Positions 1 to 7,038 of a DNA stretch of 7,257 nucleotides are shown one piece after another. Source of the DNA: a virus (lineage: Duplodnaviria > Heunggongvirae > Uroviricota > Caudoviricetes); the IMG/VR virus record IMGVR_UViG_2698536379_000025, one strand, 5' to 3'. The notes under the pieces are model-generated. The model made no database searches, was not told where the DNA came from, and was given only the letters and a program-made list of their open reading frames with translations. How positions within the stretch are numbered: position 1 is the first letter of the stretch; every line of letters begins with the position of its first letter. The position numbers and the translations under genes were made by a program.

Positions 1-594
1 ATGCTTATTGGCTATGTCCGCGTATCAACAAATGACCAGAACACGGAATTGCAGCGTAACGCGCTGGAGTGTGCGGGATGTGAGCGGATTTTTGAGGATA
101 AAATCAGCGGCACGAAGTCCGACAGGCCGGGACTGAAAAAACTGCTCAGAACATTATCAGCAGGTGACACTCTGGTAGTCTGGAAGCTGGACAGGCTGGG
201 GCGTAGTATGCGGCATCTGGTCATTCTGGTTGAGGAACTGCGCGAACGCGGTGTTAATTTTCGCAGCCTGACGGATGCCATTGATACCAGCACGCCGATG
301 GGGCGTTTTTTCTTTCATGTGATGGGGGCCCTGGCTGAAATGGAACGAGAACTCATTGTCGAGCGGACTCGGGCCGGGCTGGAAGCGGCCAGAGCCAAAG
401 GTCGTATTGGTGGCAGACGTCCTAAACTCACCACGAGTGAGTGGGAGCAGGCAGGACGGTTGCTGGCTGCGGGTGAATCACGTCAACGCGTGGCGCTGAT
501 TTTTGATATTGGCCTGTCCACGCTCTATAAAAAATTCCCCTCATCAGCGACAAAGAATAAATTGTGTCATCCCTTAGCCAACCGGGACAAATAG
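1..594 (+). CDS. Serine recombinase, site-specific DNA invertase (Gin/Pin/Cin/Hin family)
   Basis: 197-aa ORF starting at window base 1. N-terminus MLIGYVRVSTNDQ carries the catalytic Ser (codon 25-27) of the resolvase/invertase domain. Conserved LVVWKLDRLGRS and GRFFFHVMGALAEMERELI motifs, and a C-terminal helix-turn-helix (GRRPKL...STLYKKFP). Family assignment is from recalled Gin/Hin sequences, not a search. Confidence 0.9.
   Translation: MLIGYVRVSTNDQNTELQRNALECAGCERIFEDKISGTKSDRPGLKKLLRTLSAGDTLVVWKLDRLGRSMRHLVILVEELRERGVNFRSLTDAIDTSTPMGRFFFHVMGALAEMERELIVERTRAGLEAARAKGRIGGRRPKLTTSEWEQAGRLLAAGESRQRVALIFDIGLSTLYKKFPSSATKNKLCHPLANRDK
46..108. promoter_or_regulatory. Candidate Fis-dependent recombinational enhancer inside the 5' part of the invertase gene
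   Basis: In Hin/Gin/Cin systems the enhancer lies within the 5' coding region of the invertase (established knowledge). Here two G-N13-C 15-mers (46-60 and 94-108) have centres 48 bp apart, and the second sits in an A/T-rich imperfect palindrome GATTTT-N7-AAAATC (87-105). The Fis motif is degenerate, so this is weak. Confidence 0.25.
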
Positions 595-595
595 C

Positions 596-627
596 CTGAC
601 ATCTCCGGCACAACTGAAAATATCACT
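596..627 (+). promoter_or_regulatory. Possible late promoter region for the FI operon (position not resolved)
   Basis: 60-bp gap between invertase stop and FI start. It contains CTGACA (596-601) and A/T-rich -10-like hexamers (AAATAT/TATCAC, 618-627), but the spacing is not canonical. No perfect TGT-N12-ACA Ogr-type dyad is present between 540 and 650. Confidence 0.2.
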
Positions 628-653
628 CACCCATTAACCACGGAGTTAAACGG

Positions 654-1844
654 ATGAGTGACTATCATCACGGCGTGCAGGTGCTGGAGATTAACGACGG
701 CACCCGCGTCATTTCCACCGTATCCACTGCCATTGTCGGCATGGTCTGCACGGCCAGCGATGCGGATGCGGAAACCTTCCCCCTCAATAAACCTGTGCTG
801 ATTACCAATGTGCAGAGCGCAATTGCAAAGGCCGGTAAAAAAGGCACGCTGGCGGCATCGTTGCAGGCCATCGCTGACCAGTCAAAACCGGTCACCGTTG
901 TCGTGCGCGTGGAAGACGGCACCGGCGACGACGAGGAAACGAAACTCGCGCAGACCGTTTCCAATATCATCGGCACCACCGACGAAAACGGTCAGTACAC
1001 CGGACTGAAAGCCCTGCTGGCGGCGGAGTCGGTAACCGGTGTTAAACCGCGTATTCTCGGCGTGCCGGGACTGGACACCAAAGAGGTGGCTGTTGCACTG
1101 GCATCAGTCTGTCAGAAGCTGCGCGCTTTCGGGTATATCAGCGCATGGGGCTGTAAAACCATTTCCGAGGTGAAAGCCTACCGTCAGAATTTCAGCCAGC
1201 GTGAGCTGATGGTCATCTGGCCGGATTTCCTCGCATGGGATACGGTCACCAGTACCACCGCCACCGCGTATGCCACCGCTCGTGCGCTGGGGCTGCGCGC
1301 TAAAATCGACCAGGAGCAGGGCTGGCATAAAACGCTGTCCAACGTCGGGGTGAACGGTGTTACCGGCATCAGCGCATCTGTATTCTGGGATTTGCAGGAG
1401 TCCGGCACCGATGCTGACCTGCTTAACGAGTCAGGCGTCACTACGCTGATTCGCCGCGACGGTTTCCGCTTCTGGGGTAACCGTACCTGCTCTGATGACC
1501 CGCTGTTCCTCTTTGAAAACTACACCCGTACCGCGCAGGTGCTGGCCGACACGATGGCTGAGGCGCACATGTGGGCGGTGGACAAGCCCATCACCGCAAC
1601 GCTGATTCGCGACATCGTTGACGGCATTAATGCCAAATTCCGTGAACTGAAAACAAACGGCTATATCGTGGATGCGACCTGCTGGTTCAGCGAAGAATCC
1701 AACGATGCGGAAACCCTCAAGGCCGGAAAACTGTATATCGACTACGACTATACCCCGGTGCCTCCTCTCGAAAACCTGACCCTGCGCCAGCGTATTACCG
1801 ATAAATACCTGGCAAATCTGGTCACCTCGGTTAACAGCAATTAA
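654..1844 (+). CDS. FI: Contractile tail sheath protein (P2 gpFI-like)
   Basis: 396-aa ORF beginning MSDYHHGVQVLEINDGTRV, recognised as P2-type sheath protein. GGAG at 642-645 is a Shine-Dalgarno motif 8 nt upstream of the ATG. Stop TAA at 1842-1844. Confidence 0.95.
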   Translation: MSDYHHGVQVLEINDGTRVISTVSTAIVGMVCTASDADAETFPLNKPVLITNVQSAIAKAGKKGTLAASLQAIADQSKPVTVVVRVEDGTGDDEETKLAQTVSNIIGTTDENGQYTGLKALLAAESVTGVKPRILGVPGLDTKEVAVALASVCQKLRAFGYISAWGCKTISEVKAYRQNFSQRELMVIWPDFLAWDTVTSTTATAYATARALGLRAKIDQEQGWHKTLSNVGVNGVTGISASVFWDLQESGTDADLLNESGVTTLIRRDGFRFWGNRTCSDDPLFLFENYTRTAQVLADTMAEAHMWAVDKPITATLIRDIVDGINAKFRELKTNGYIVDATCWFSEESNDAETLKAGKLYIDYDYTPVPPLENLTLRQRITDKYLANLVTSVNSN

Positions 1845-1856
1845 GGAGCCTGACCG

Positions 1857-2375
1857 ATGGCAATGCCGCGCAAACTCAAGTTAATGAACGTCTTTCTGAA
1901 CGGCTACAGCTATCAGGGCGTTGCAAAGTCCGTCACGCTGCCAAAACTGACCCGTAAGCTCGAAAACTATCGCGGTGCGGGGATGAACGGCAGCGCACCG
2001 GTAGACCTCGGCCTTGATGACGATGCGCTGTCAATGGAGTGGTCGCTCGGGGGCTTCCCGGATTCGGTTATCTGGGAGCTTTACGCCGCAACCGGCGTGG
2101 ATGCCGTGCCGATTCGTTTTGCAGGCTCTTACCAGCGCGACGATACCGGCGAAACGGTGGCCGTCGAAGTGGTCATGCGTGGCCGTCAGAAAGAAATCGA
2201 CACCGGTGAGGGTAAACAGGGAGAAGACACCGAGTCGAAAATCTCCGTGGTCTGCACCTATTTCCGGCTGACGATGGACGGTAAGGAGCTGGTCGAAATT
2301 GACACCATCAACATGATTGAGAAGGTGAACGGCGTCGACCGGCTGGAGCAACACCGCCGCAATATCGGCCTGTGA
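1857..2375 (+). CDS. FII: Tail tube protein (P2 gpFII-like)
   Basis: 172-aa ORF beginning MAMPRKLKLMNVFLNGYSYQG. AGGAG Shine-Dalgarno at 1844-1848 overlaps the FI stop. Position directly after the sheath gene matches P2 synteny. Confidence 0.95.
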   Translation: MAMPRKLKLMNVFLNGYSYQGVAKSVTLPKLTRKLENYRGAGMNGSAPVDLGLDDDALSMEWSLGGFPDSVIWELYAATGVDAVPIRFAGSYQRDDTGETVAVEVVMRGRQKEIDTGEGKQGEDTESKISVVCTYFRLTMDGKELVEIDTINMIEKVNGVDRLEQHRRNIGL

Positions 2376-2382
2376 TTTTCAT

Positions 2383-2403
2383 CCGGTCAGCCAGGCTGAC
2401 CGG
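2383..2403. other. Perfect 10+1+10 palindrome (CCGGTCAGCC A GGCTGACCGG) in the FII-E intergenic region
   Basis: Read directly from the sequence, 8 nt after the FII stop. It could fold as a stem-loop of about 8 bp in the mRNA. No U-tract follows, so it is not a canonical intrinsic terminator. Confidence 0.6.
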
Positions 2404-2432
2404 TTAACCCCCGATTCAGAAGTGAGAAAACC

Positions 2433-2708
2433 ATGAACAAAGAAAATGTGATTACCCTGGACAATCCGGTCAAGCGTGGTGAGCAGGTTATCGAACAGGT
2501 CACGCTGATGAAACCCAATGCCGGGACGCTGCGCGGTGTCAGTCTGGCTGCGGTCGCGAACTCTGAAGTCGATGCACTGATTAAGGTGCTGCCGCGCATG
2601 ACGGCACCGATGCTGACCGAGCAGGAAGTCGCCGCGCTGGAACTGCCTGACCTTGTGGCGCTGGCCGGTAAGGTGGTCGGTTTTTTGTCGCCGAACTCGG
2701 TGCAGTGA
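2433..2708 (+). CDS. E: Tail assembly chaperone gpE (0-frame product)
   Basis: 91-aa ORF beginning MNKENVITLDNPVKRGEQV. Shine-Dalgarno-like GTGAGAAAA upstream. Stop TGA at 2706-2708. Lies immediately upstream of the tape measure gene, the conserved position for a frameshifted chaperone pair. Confidence 0.9.
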   Translation: MNKENVITLDNPVKRGEQVIEQVTLMKPNAGTLRGVSLAAVANSEVDALIKVLPRMTAPMLTEQEVAALELPDLVALAGKVVGFLSPNSVQ

Positions 2709-2860
2709 CGTTTCCGAAAAATCTCTCGGTCGATGACCTGATGGCGGATGTGGCAGTGATATTTCACTGGCCGCCATCAGAACTATATCCCATGAGCCTG
2801 ACCGAACTCATCACATGGCGCGAAAAGGCGCTCCGGCGAAGCGGAAACACGAATGAGTAA
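2433..2860 (+). CDS. E+E': Tail assembly chaperone gpE+E' (programmed -1 frameshift fusion, 142 aa)
   Basis: Slippery heptamer T TTT TTG at 2681-2687 lies 7 codons before the E stop. The -1 frame stays open from 2687 to TAA at 2858-2860, encoding ...VAELGAVTFPKNLSVDDLMADVAVIFHWPPSELYPMSLTELITWREKALRRSGNTNE. The total of 85 + 57 = 142 aa matches P2 E+E'. The E' stop overlaps the T start codon. Confidence 0.8.
2681..2687 (+). other. -1 ribosomal frameshift slippery site (TTTTTTG)
   Basis: Heptamer of the X XXY YYZ class, read in the E frame as GGT TTT TTG. The T6G-type slippery sequence is the established site for P2 E/E' and for the analogous lambda G/GT pair. Confidence 0.8.
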
Positions 2861-5300
2861 CAATGTAAAATTACAGGTATTGCTCAGGGCTGTTGACCAG
2901 GCATCCCGCCCGTTTAAATCCATCCGCACAGCGAGCAAATCGCTGTCGGGGGATATCCGGGAAACACAAAAATCACTGCGCGAGCTGAACGGTCAGGCAT
3001 CCCGTATTGAGGGATTTCGCAAGACCAGTGCACAGCTCGCCGTGACTGGTCATGCACTTGAAAAGGCACGGCAGGAAGCCGAAGCCCTTGCCACACAGTT
3101 TAAAAACACCGAACGTCCGACCCGTGCTCAGGCGAAAGTGCTGGAATCCGCAAAGCGTGCGGCGGAGGACTTACAGGCGAAATATAACCGCCTGACGGAT
3201 TCCGTTAAACGCCAGCAGCGGGAACTGGCCGCTGTGGGAATTAATACCCGCAATCTTGCACATGATGAGCAGGGACTGAAAAACCGTATCAGTGAAACCA
3301 CCGTACAGCTTAACCGTCAGCGTGACGCGCTGGCGCGTGTCAGTGCGCAACAGGCAAAACTTAACGCAGTAAAACAGCGTTATCAGGCCGGAAAGGAACT
3401 GGCAGGAAATATGGCCTCAGTGGGCGCTGCCGGTGTGGGGATTGCTGCTGCGGGAACGATGGCCGGTGTTAAGCTGCTGATGCCCGGTTATGAGTTTGCG
3501 CAGAAAAACTCAGAATTACAGGCTGTGCTCGGAGTGGCAAAAGACTCCGCCGAAATGACCGCACTACGCAAACAGGCGCGCCAGCTCGGCGACAATACCG
3601 CAGCCTCGGCAGATGATGCAGCCGGTGCACAGATTATCATTGCGAAAGCCGGTGGGGATGTTGATGCCATTCAGGCGGCAACGCCGGTCACGCTGAATAT
3701 GGCGCTGGCGAACCGCCGCACGATGGAAGAAAACGCCGCCCTGCTGATGGGGATGAAATCCGCCTTTCAGCTTTCAAACGATAAGGTCGCTCATATCGGG
3801 GATGTTCTCTCCATGACGATGAACAAAACCGCCGCCGATTTTGACGGCATGAGCGATGCGCTGACCTATGCCGCACCTGTGGCAAAAAATGCCGGTGTCA
3901 GCATTGAAGAAACCGCCGCAATGGTCGGGGCGCTGCATGATGCAAAAATCACAGGCTCAATGGCGGGGACGGGAAGCCGTGCCGTGTTAAGCCGCCTGCA
4001 AGCACCGACGGGAAAAGCATGGGATGCACTCAAAGAGCTTGGAGTGAAAACCTCAGACAGCAAGGGAAACACCCGGCCAATATTTACCATTCTGAAAGAA
4101 ATGCAGGCCAGTTTTGAGAAAAACCGGCTCGGTACTGCCCAGCAGGCTGAATACATGAAAACTATTTTCGGGGAGGAGGCCAGCTCAGCCGCCGCCGTGC
4201 TGATGACTGCCGCCTCAACCGGAAAGCTGGACAAACTGACCGCTGCGTTTAAAGCCTCAGACGGGAAGACCGCAGAGCTGGTAAATATCATGCAGGACAA
4301 CCTCGGCGGTGACTTTAAGGAGTTTCAGTCCGCTTATGAGGCGGTGGGGACTGACCTGTTTGACCAGCAGGAAGGCGCACTGCGTAAACTCACTCAGACG
4401 GCCACAAAGTATGTGTTAAAACTCGACGGCTGGATCCAGAAAAACAAATCACTGGCGTCAACCATCGGCCTCATTGTCGGTGGCGCGCTGGCGCTTATTG
4501 GCATCATCGGTGCCATTGGTCTTGTAGCATGGCCGGTTATCACCGGCATCAATGCCATTATCGCGGCAGCAGGCGCAATGGGGGCAATCTTCATGACGGT
4601 TGGCAGTGCTGTTATGACGGCCATCGGGGCGATTAGCTGGCCGGTTGTGGCCGTGGTGGCCGCCATTGTCGCCGGGGCGTTGCTTATCCGTAAATACTGG
4701 GAGCCTGTCAGCGCATTCTTTGGCGGTGTGGTGGAAGGGCTGAAAGCGGCATTTGCGCCGGTGGGGGAACTGTTCACGCCACTTAAGCCGGTGTTTGACT
4801 GGCTGGGTGAAAAGTTACAGGCCGCGTGGCAGTGGTTTAAAAACCTGATTGCCCCGGTCAAAGCCACTCAGGACACCCTGAACCGTTGCCGTGACACGGG
4901 GGTCATGTTCGGGCAGGCACTGGCTGACGCGCTGATGCTGCCGCTTAATGCGTTCAACAAACTGCGCAGTGGTATTGACTGGGTACTGGAAAAACTCGGT
5001 GTTATCAACAAAGAGTCAGACACACTTGACCAGACCGCCGCCAGAACTCAAGCCGCCACGTATGGCAGCGGTGGTTATATTCCGGCGACCAGCTCTTATG
5101 CAGGCTATCAGGCTTATCAGCCGGTCACGGCACCGGCTGGCCGCTCTTATGTGGACCAGAGTAAAAATGAATATCACATCAGCCTGACGGGGGGTACTGC
5201 GCCGGGAACACAGCTTGACCGCCAGTTACAGGATGCGCTCGAAAAATACGAGCGGGATAAACGTGCGCGCGCCCGTGCCAGCATGATGCATGACGGTTAA
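2853..5300 (+). CDS. T: Tail tape measure protein (P2 gpT-like)
   Basis: 815-aa ORF. The N-terminal half is coiled-coil-like and rich in A/Q/R/K. A long Gly/Ala/Ile-rich hydrophobic block (about nt 4449-4690) is typical of tape measure proteins. Located after the E/E' pair. Confidence 0.95.
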   Translation: MSNNVKLQVLLRAVDQASRPFKSIRTASKSLSGDIRETQKSLRELNGQASRIEGFRKTSAQLAVTGHALEKARQEAEALATQFKNTERPTRAQAKVLESAKRAAEDLQAKYNRLTDSVKRQQRELAAVGINTRNLAHDEQGLKNRISETTVQLNRQRDALARVSAQQAKLNAVKQRYQAGKELAGNMASVGAAGVGIAAAGTMAGVKLLMPGYEFAQKNSELQAVLGVAKDSAEMTALRKQARQLGDNTAASADDAAGAQIIIAKAGGDVDAIQAATPVTLNMALANRRTMEENAALLMGMKSAFQLSNDKVAHIGDVLSMTMNKTAADFDGMSDALTYAAPVAKNAGVSIEETAAMVGALHDAKITGSMAGTGSRAVLSRLQAPTGKAWDALKELGVKTSDSKGNTRPIFTILKEMQASFEKNRLGTAQQAEYMKTIFGEEASSAAAVLMTAASTGKLDKLTAAFKASDGKTAELVNIMQDNLGGDFKEFQSAYEAVGTDLFDQQEGALRKLTQTATKYVLKLDGWIQKNKSLASTIGLIVGGALALIGIIGAIGLVAWPVITGINAIIAAAGAMGAIFMTVGSAVMTAIGAISWPVVAVVAAIVAGALLIRKYWEPVSAFFGGVVEGLKAAFAPVGELFTPLKPVFDWLGEKLQAAWQWFKNLIAPVKATQDTLNRCRDTGVMFGQALADALMLPLNAFNKLRSGIDWVLEKLGVINKESDTLDQTAARTQAATYGSGGYIPATSSYAGYQAYQPVTAPAGRSYVDQSKNEYHISLTGGTAPGTQLDRQLQDALEKYERDKRARARASMMHDG

Positions 5301-5314
5301 GGAGGTGACGAAAA

Positions 5315-5794
5315 ATGATGCTCGCGTTAGGTATGTTTGTTTTTATGCGCCAGACGCTGCCACACCAGACCATGCAGCGTGAATCGGATTATCGCTGGCC
5401 GTCAAATTCCCGTATCGGTAAACGGGATGCCTACCAGTTTCTCGGTGTGGGTGAGGAAAACATCACACTTGCCGGTGTGCTTTATCCAGAGCTGACCGGC
5501 GGCAAGCTGACGATGACCACGCTCAGGCTGATGGCAGAGGAAGGCCGGGCGTGGCCGTTGCTGGATGGCACCGGCATGATTTACGGCATGTATGTCATCA
5601 GCAGGGTGAGTGAAACAGGGAGTATTTTCTTTGCAGACGGCACACCCCGAAAAATTGATTTTACGCTGTCGCTCACCCGCGTTGATGAATCACTGGCCGC
5701 GCTTTATGGCGATATAGGTAAACAGGCGGAATCACTCATCGGTAAGGCTGGCAGTATGGCAACTAAATTCACGGGTATGACGGGGGCGGGATAA
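5315..5794 (+). CDS. U: Tail protein gpU-like
   Basis: 159-aa ORF beginning MMLALGMFVFMRQTLPHQTMQRESDYRWPSNSRIGKRDAYQFLGVGEENITLAGVLYPELTGG. GGAGG Shine-Dalgarno at 5301-5305, 9 nt before the ATG. The stop overlaps the D start in TAATG. Confidence 0.9.
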   Translation: MMLALGMFVFMRQTLPHQTMQRESDYRWPSNSRIGKRDAYQFLGVGEENITLAGVLYPELTGGKLTMTTLRLMAEEGRAWPLLDGTGMIYGMYVISRVSETGSIFFADGTPRKIDFTLSLTRVDESLAALYGDIGKQAESLIGKAGSMATKFTGMTGAG

Positions 5795-6957
5795 TGCTGG
5801 ATACGCTGACATTTGATGCAGGCAGTACGCTGACGCCGGATTACATGCTGATGCTCGACAGCAGGGATATTACCGGCAATATCAGCGACCGTCTGATGAG
5901 TATGACCCTGACGGATAACCGGGGCTTTGAGGCTGACCAGCTTGATATTGAACTGAACGATGCCGACGGGCAGGTCGGGCTGCCGGTTCGTGGCGCTGTC
6001 CTGACGGTGTATATCGGCTGGAAAGGTTTTGCCCTGGTATGCAAAGGGAAATTTACCGTTGATGAGGTTGAACACCGGGGCGCACCGGATGTGGTCACCA
6101 TCCGCGCCCGGAGTGCAGATTTTCGCGGGACGCTCAATTCCCGCCGGGAAGGCTCCTGGCATGACACCACGCTCGGTGCGATTGTTGAAGCGATAGCCTC
6201 CCGTAACAGGCTGGAAGCCAGTGTCGCGCCGTCACTGGCCGGAATTAAAATCCCGCACATCGACCAGTCGCAGGAGTCTGATGCGAAATTTCTGACCCGT
6301 CTTGCAGAACGCAACAGCGGTGAGGTGTCGGTAAAAATGGGAAAACTGCTGTTTCTCAAAGCGGGGCAGGGGGTGACGGCCAGCGGTAAAAAAATCCCGC
6401 AGGTCACCATCACCCGCAGCGACGGTGACCGCCATCATTTTGCGATTGCTGACCGTGGAGCCTACACCGGCGTAACGGCAAAGTGGTTACACACCAAAGA
6501 CCCGAAGCCGCAAAAGCAGAAGGTAAAACTGAAACGCAAAAAGAAAGAGAAACACCTGCGCGCACTGGAGCACCCGAAAGCGAAACCGGTCACGCAGAAG
6601 AAAGCGCCAAAAGTACCGGAAGCGCGCGAAGGTGAATACATGGCAGGTGAGGCTGACAATGTTTTTGCCCTGACCACGGTATATGCCACGAAAGCGCAGG
6701 CCATGCGCGCCGCTCAGGCGAAGTGGGATAAACTGCAACGGGGCGTTGCGGAGTTCTCCATCAGCCTGGCTACCGGTCGGGCTGATATTTACACGGAAAC
6801 ACCGGTTAAAGTGTCAGGCTTTAAGCGCGTCATAGACGAGCAGGACTGGACAATCACTAAGGTGACACATTTTCTGAATAATAGCGGCTTCACGACGTCC
6901 TTAGAGCTTGAGGTCAGGCTTTCTGATGTGGAGTACGAAACAGAAGATGATGAGTGA
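5794..6957 (+). CDS. D: Tail protein gpD-like (late control gene D family; baseplate hub, VgrG N-terminal-like fold)
   Basis: 387-aa ORF beginning MLDTLTFDAGSTLTPDYMLMLDSRDITGNISD. Its ATG at 5794 overlaps the U stop. Contains a lysine-rich segment at about 6496-6636. Confidence 0.9.
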   Translation: MLDTLTFDAGSTLTPDYMLMLDSRDITGNISDRLMSMTLTDNRGFEADQLDIELNDADGQVGLPVRGAVLTVYIGWKGFALVCKGKFTVDEVEHRGAPDVVTIRARSADFRGTLNSRREGSWHDTTLGAIVEAIASRNRLEASVAPSLAGIKIPHIDQSQESDAKFLTRLAERNSGEVSVKMGKLLFLKAGQGVTASGKKIPQVTITRSDGDRHHFAIADRGAYTGVTAKWLHTKDPKPQKQKVKLKRKKKEKHLRALEHPKAKPVTQKKAPKVPEAREGEYMAGEADNVFALTTVYATKAQAMRAAQAKWDKLQRGVAEFSISLATGRADIYTETPVKVSGFKRVIDEQDWTITKVTHFLNNSGFTTSLELEVRLSDVEYETEDDE

Positions 6958-6975
6958 TGTTTTTATTTTATGTGT

Positions 6976-7004
6976 TTGTTTTATAAGGATAAATTAACTA
7001 AAAT
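6976..7004 (+). promoter_or_regulatory. Putative sigma70 promoter for ogr (TTGTTT-N17-TAAAAT)
   Basis: -35-like TTGTTT at 6976-6981 and -10-like TAAAAT at 6999-7004 with a 17-nt spacer, in the A/T-rich D-ogr gap. The predicted transcription start near 7011 lies downstream of the in-frame ATGs at 6970 and 7003 and upstream of the Shine-Dalgarno GGAAGAGG (7023-7030). Confidence 0.45.
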
Positions 7005-7038
7005 GGCACCATCAACAAAACCGGAAGAGGTGCTCGCG

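Noticed and set aside
808-1008. 66-aa plus-strand ORF in an alternative frame inside FI
   Set aside because: Embedded out of frame within the sheath gene. Arg-rich product typical of frame-shifted GC-rich sequence. No independent start signals.
2014-2271. 85-aa plus-strand alternative-frame ORF inside FII
   Set aside because: Fully nested out of frame in the tube gene, with no ribosome-binding site and an Arg/Ser/Pro-rich composition.
2379-2777. Two overlapping minus-strand ORFs (132 and 126 aa) opposite the E/E' region
   Set aside because: They overlap each other and the E gene on the opposite strand. Nothing in the sequence supports them.
3488-4300. Minus-strand ORFs of 60, 65 and 144 aa within the tape measure gene
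   Set aside because: Antisense artefacts of the long T reading frame, with low-complexity Ala/Ser-rich products.
4394-4867. 157-aa minus-strand ORF inside the tape measure gene
   Set aside because: Antisense to a confidently assigned gene. Its Ala/Thr/Pro-rich composition is what is expected from reading the Gly/Ala-rich T segment on the opposite strand. No start context or recognisable domain.
4948-5187. 79-aa plus-strand alternative-frame ORF near the 3' end of T
   Set aside because: Nested in the +1 frame of T with no Shine-Dalgarno motif. I see no slippery motif suggesting recoding, so I treat it as chance.
5704-6413. Minus-strand ORFs (152 aa and 190 aa) overlapping U and D
   Set aside because: Entirely antisense to U and D, with Arg/Ser/Pro-rich low-complexity translation and no Shine-Dalgarno motif. 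Typical spurious ORFs in GC-rich coding sequence.
6462-6738. Minus-strand ORFs (80 and 83 aa) opposite the lysine-rich part of D
   Set aside because: Phe/Leu/Arg-rich translation is just the reverse-complement reading of the AAG/AAA-rich D segment. Artefact.
6970-7038. N-terminal 23-codon extension of ogr (MCLFYKDKLTKMAPSTKPEEVLA)
   Set aside because: The upstream ATGs fall within or before the predicted promoter elements and lack a Shine-Dalgarno motif. The 72-aa product from ATG 7039 has the canonical Ogr N-terminus.
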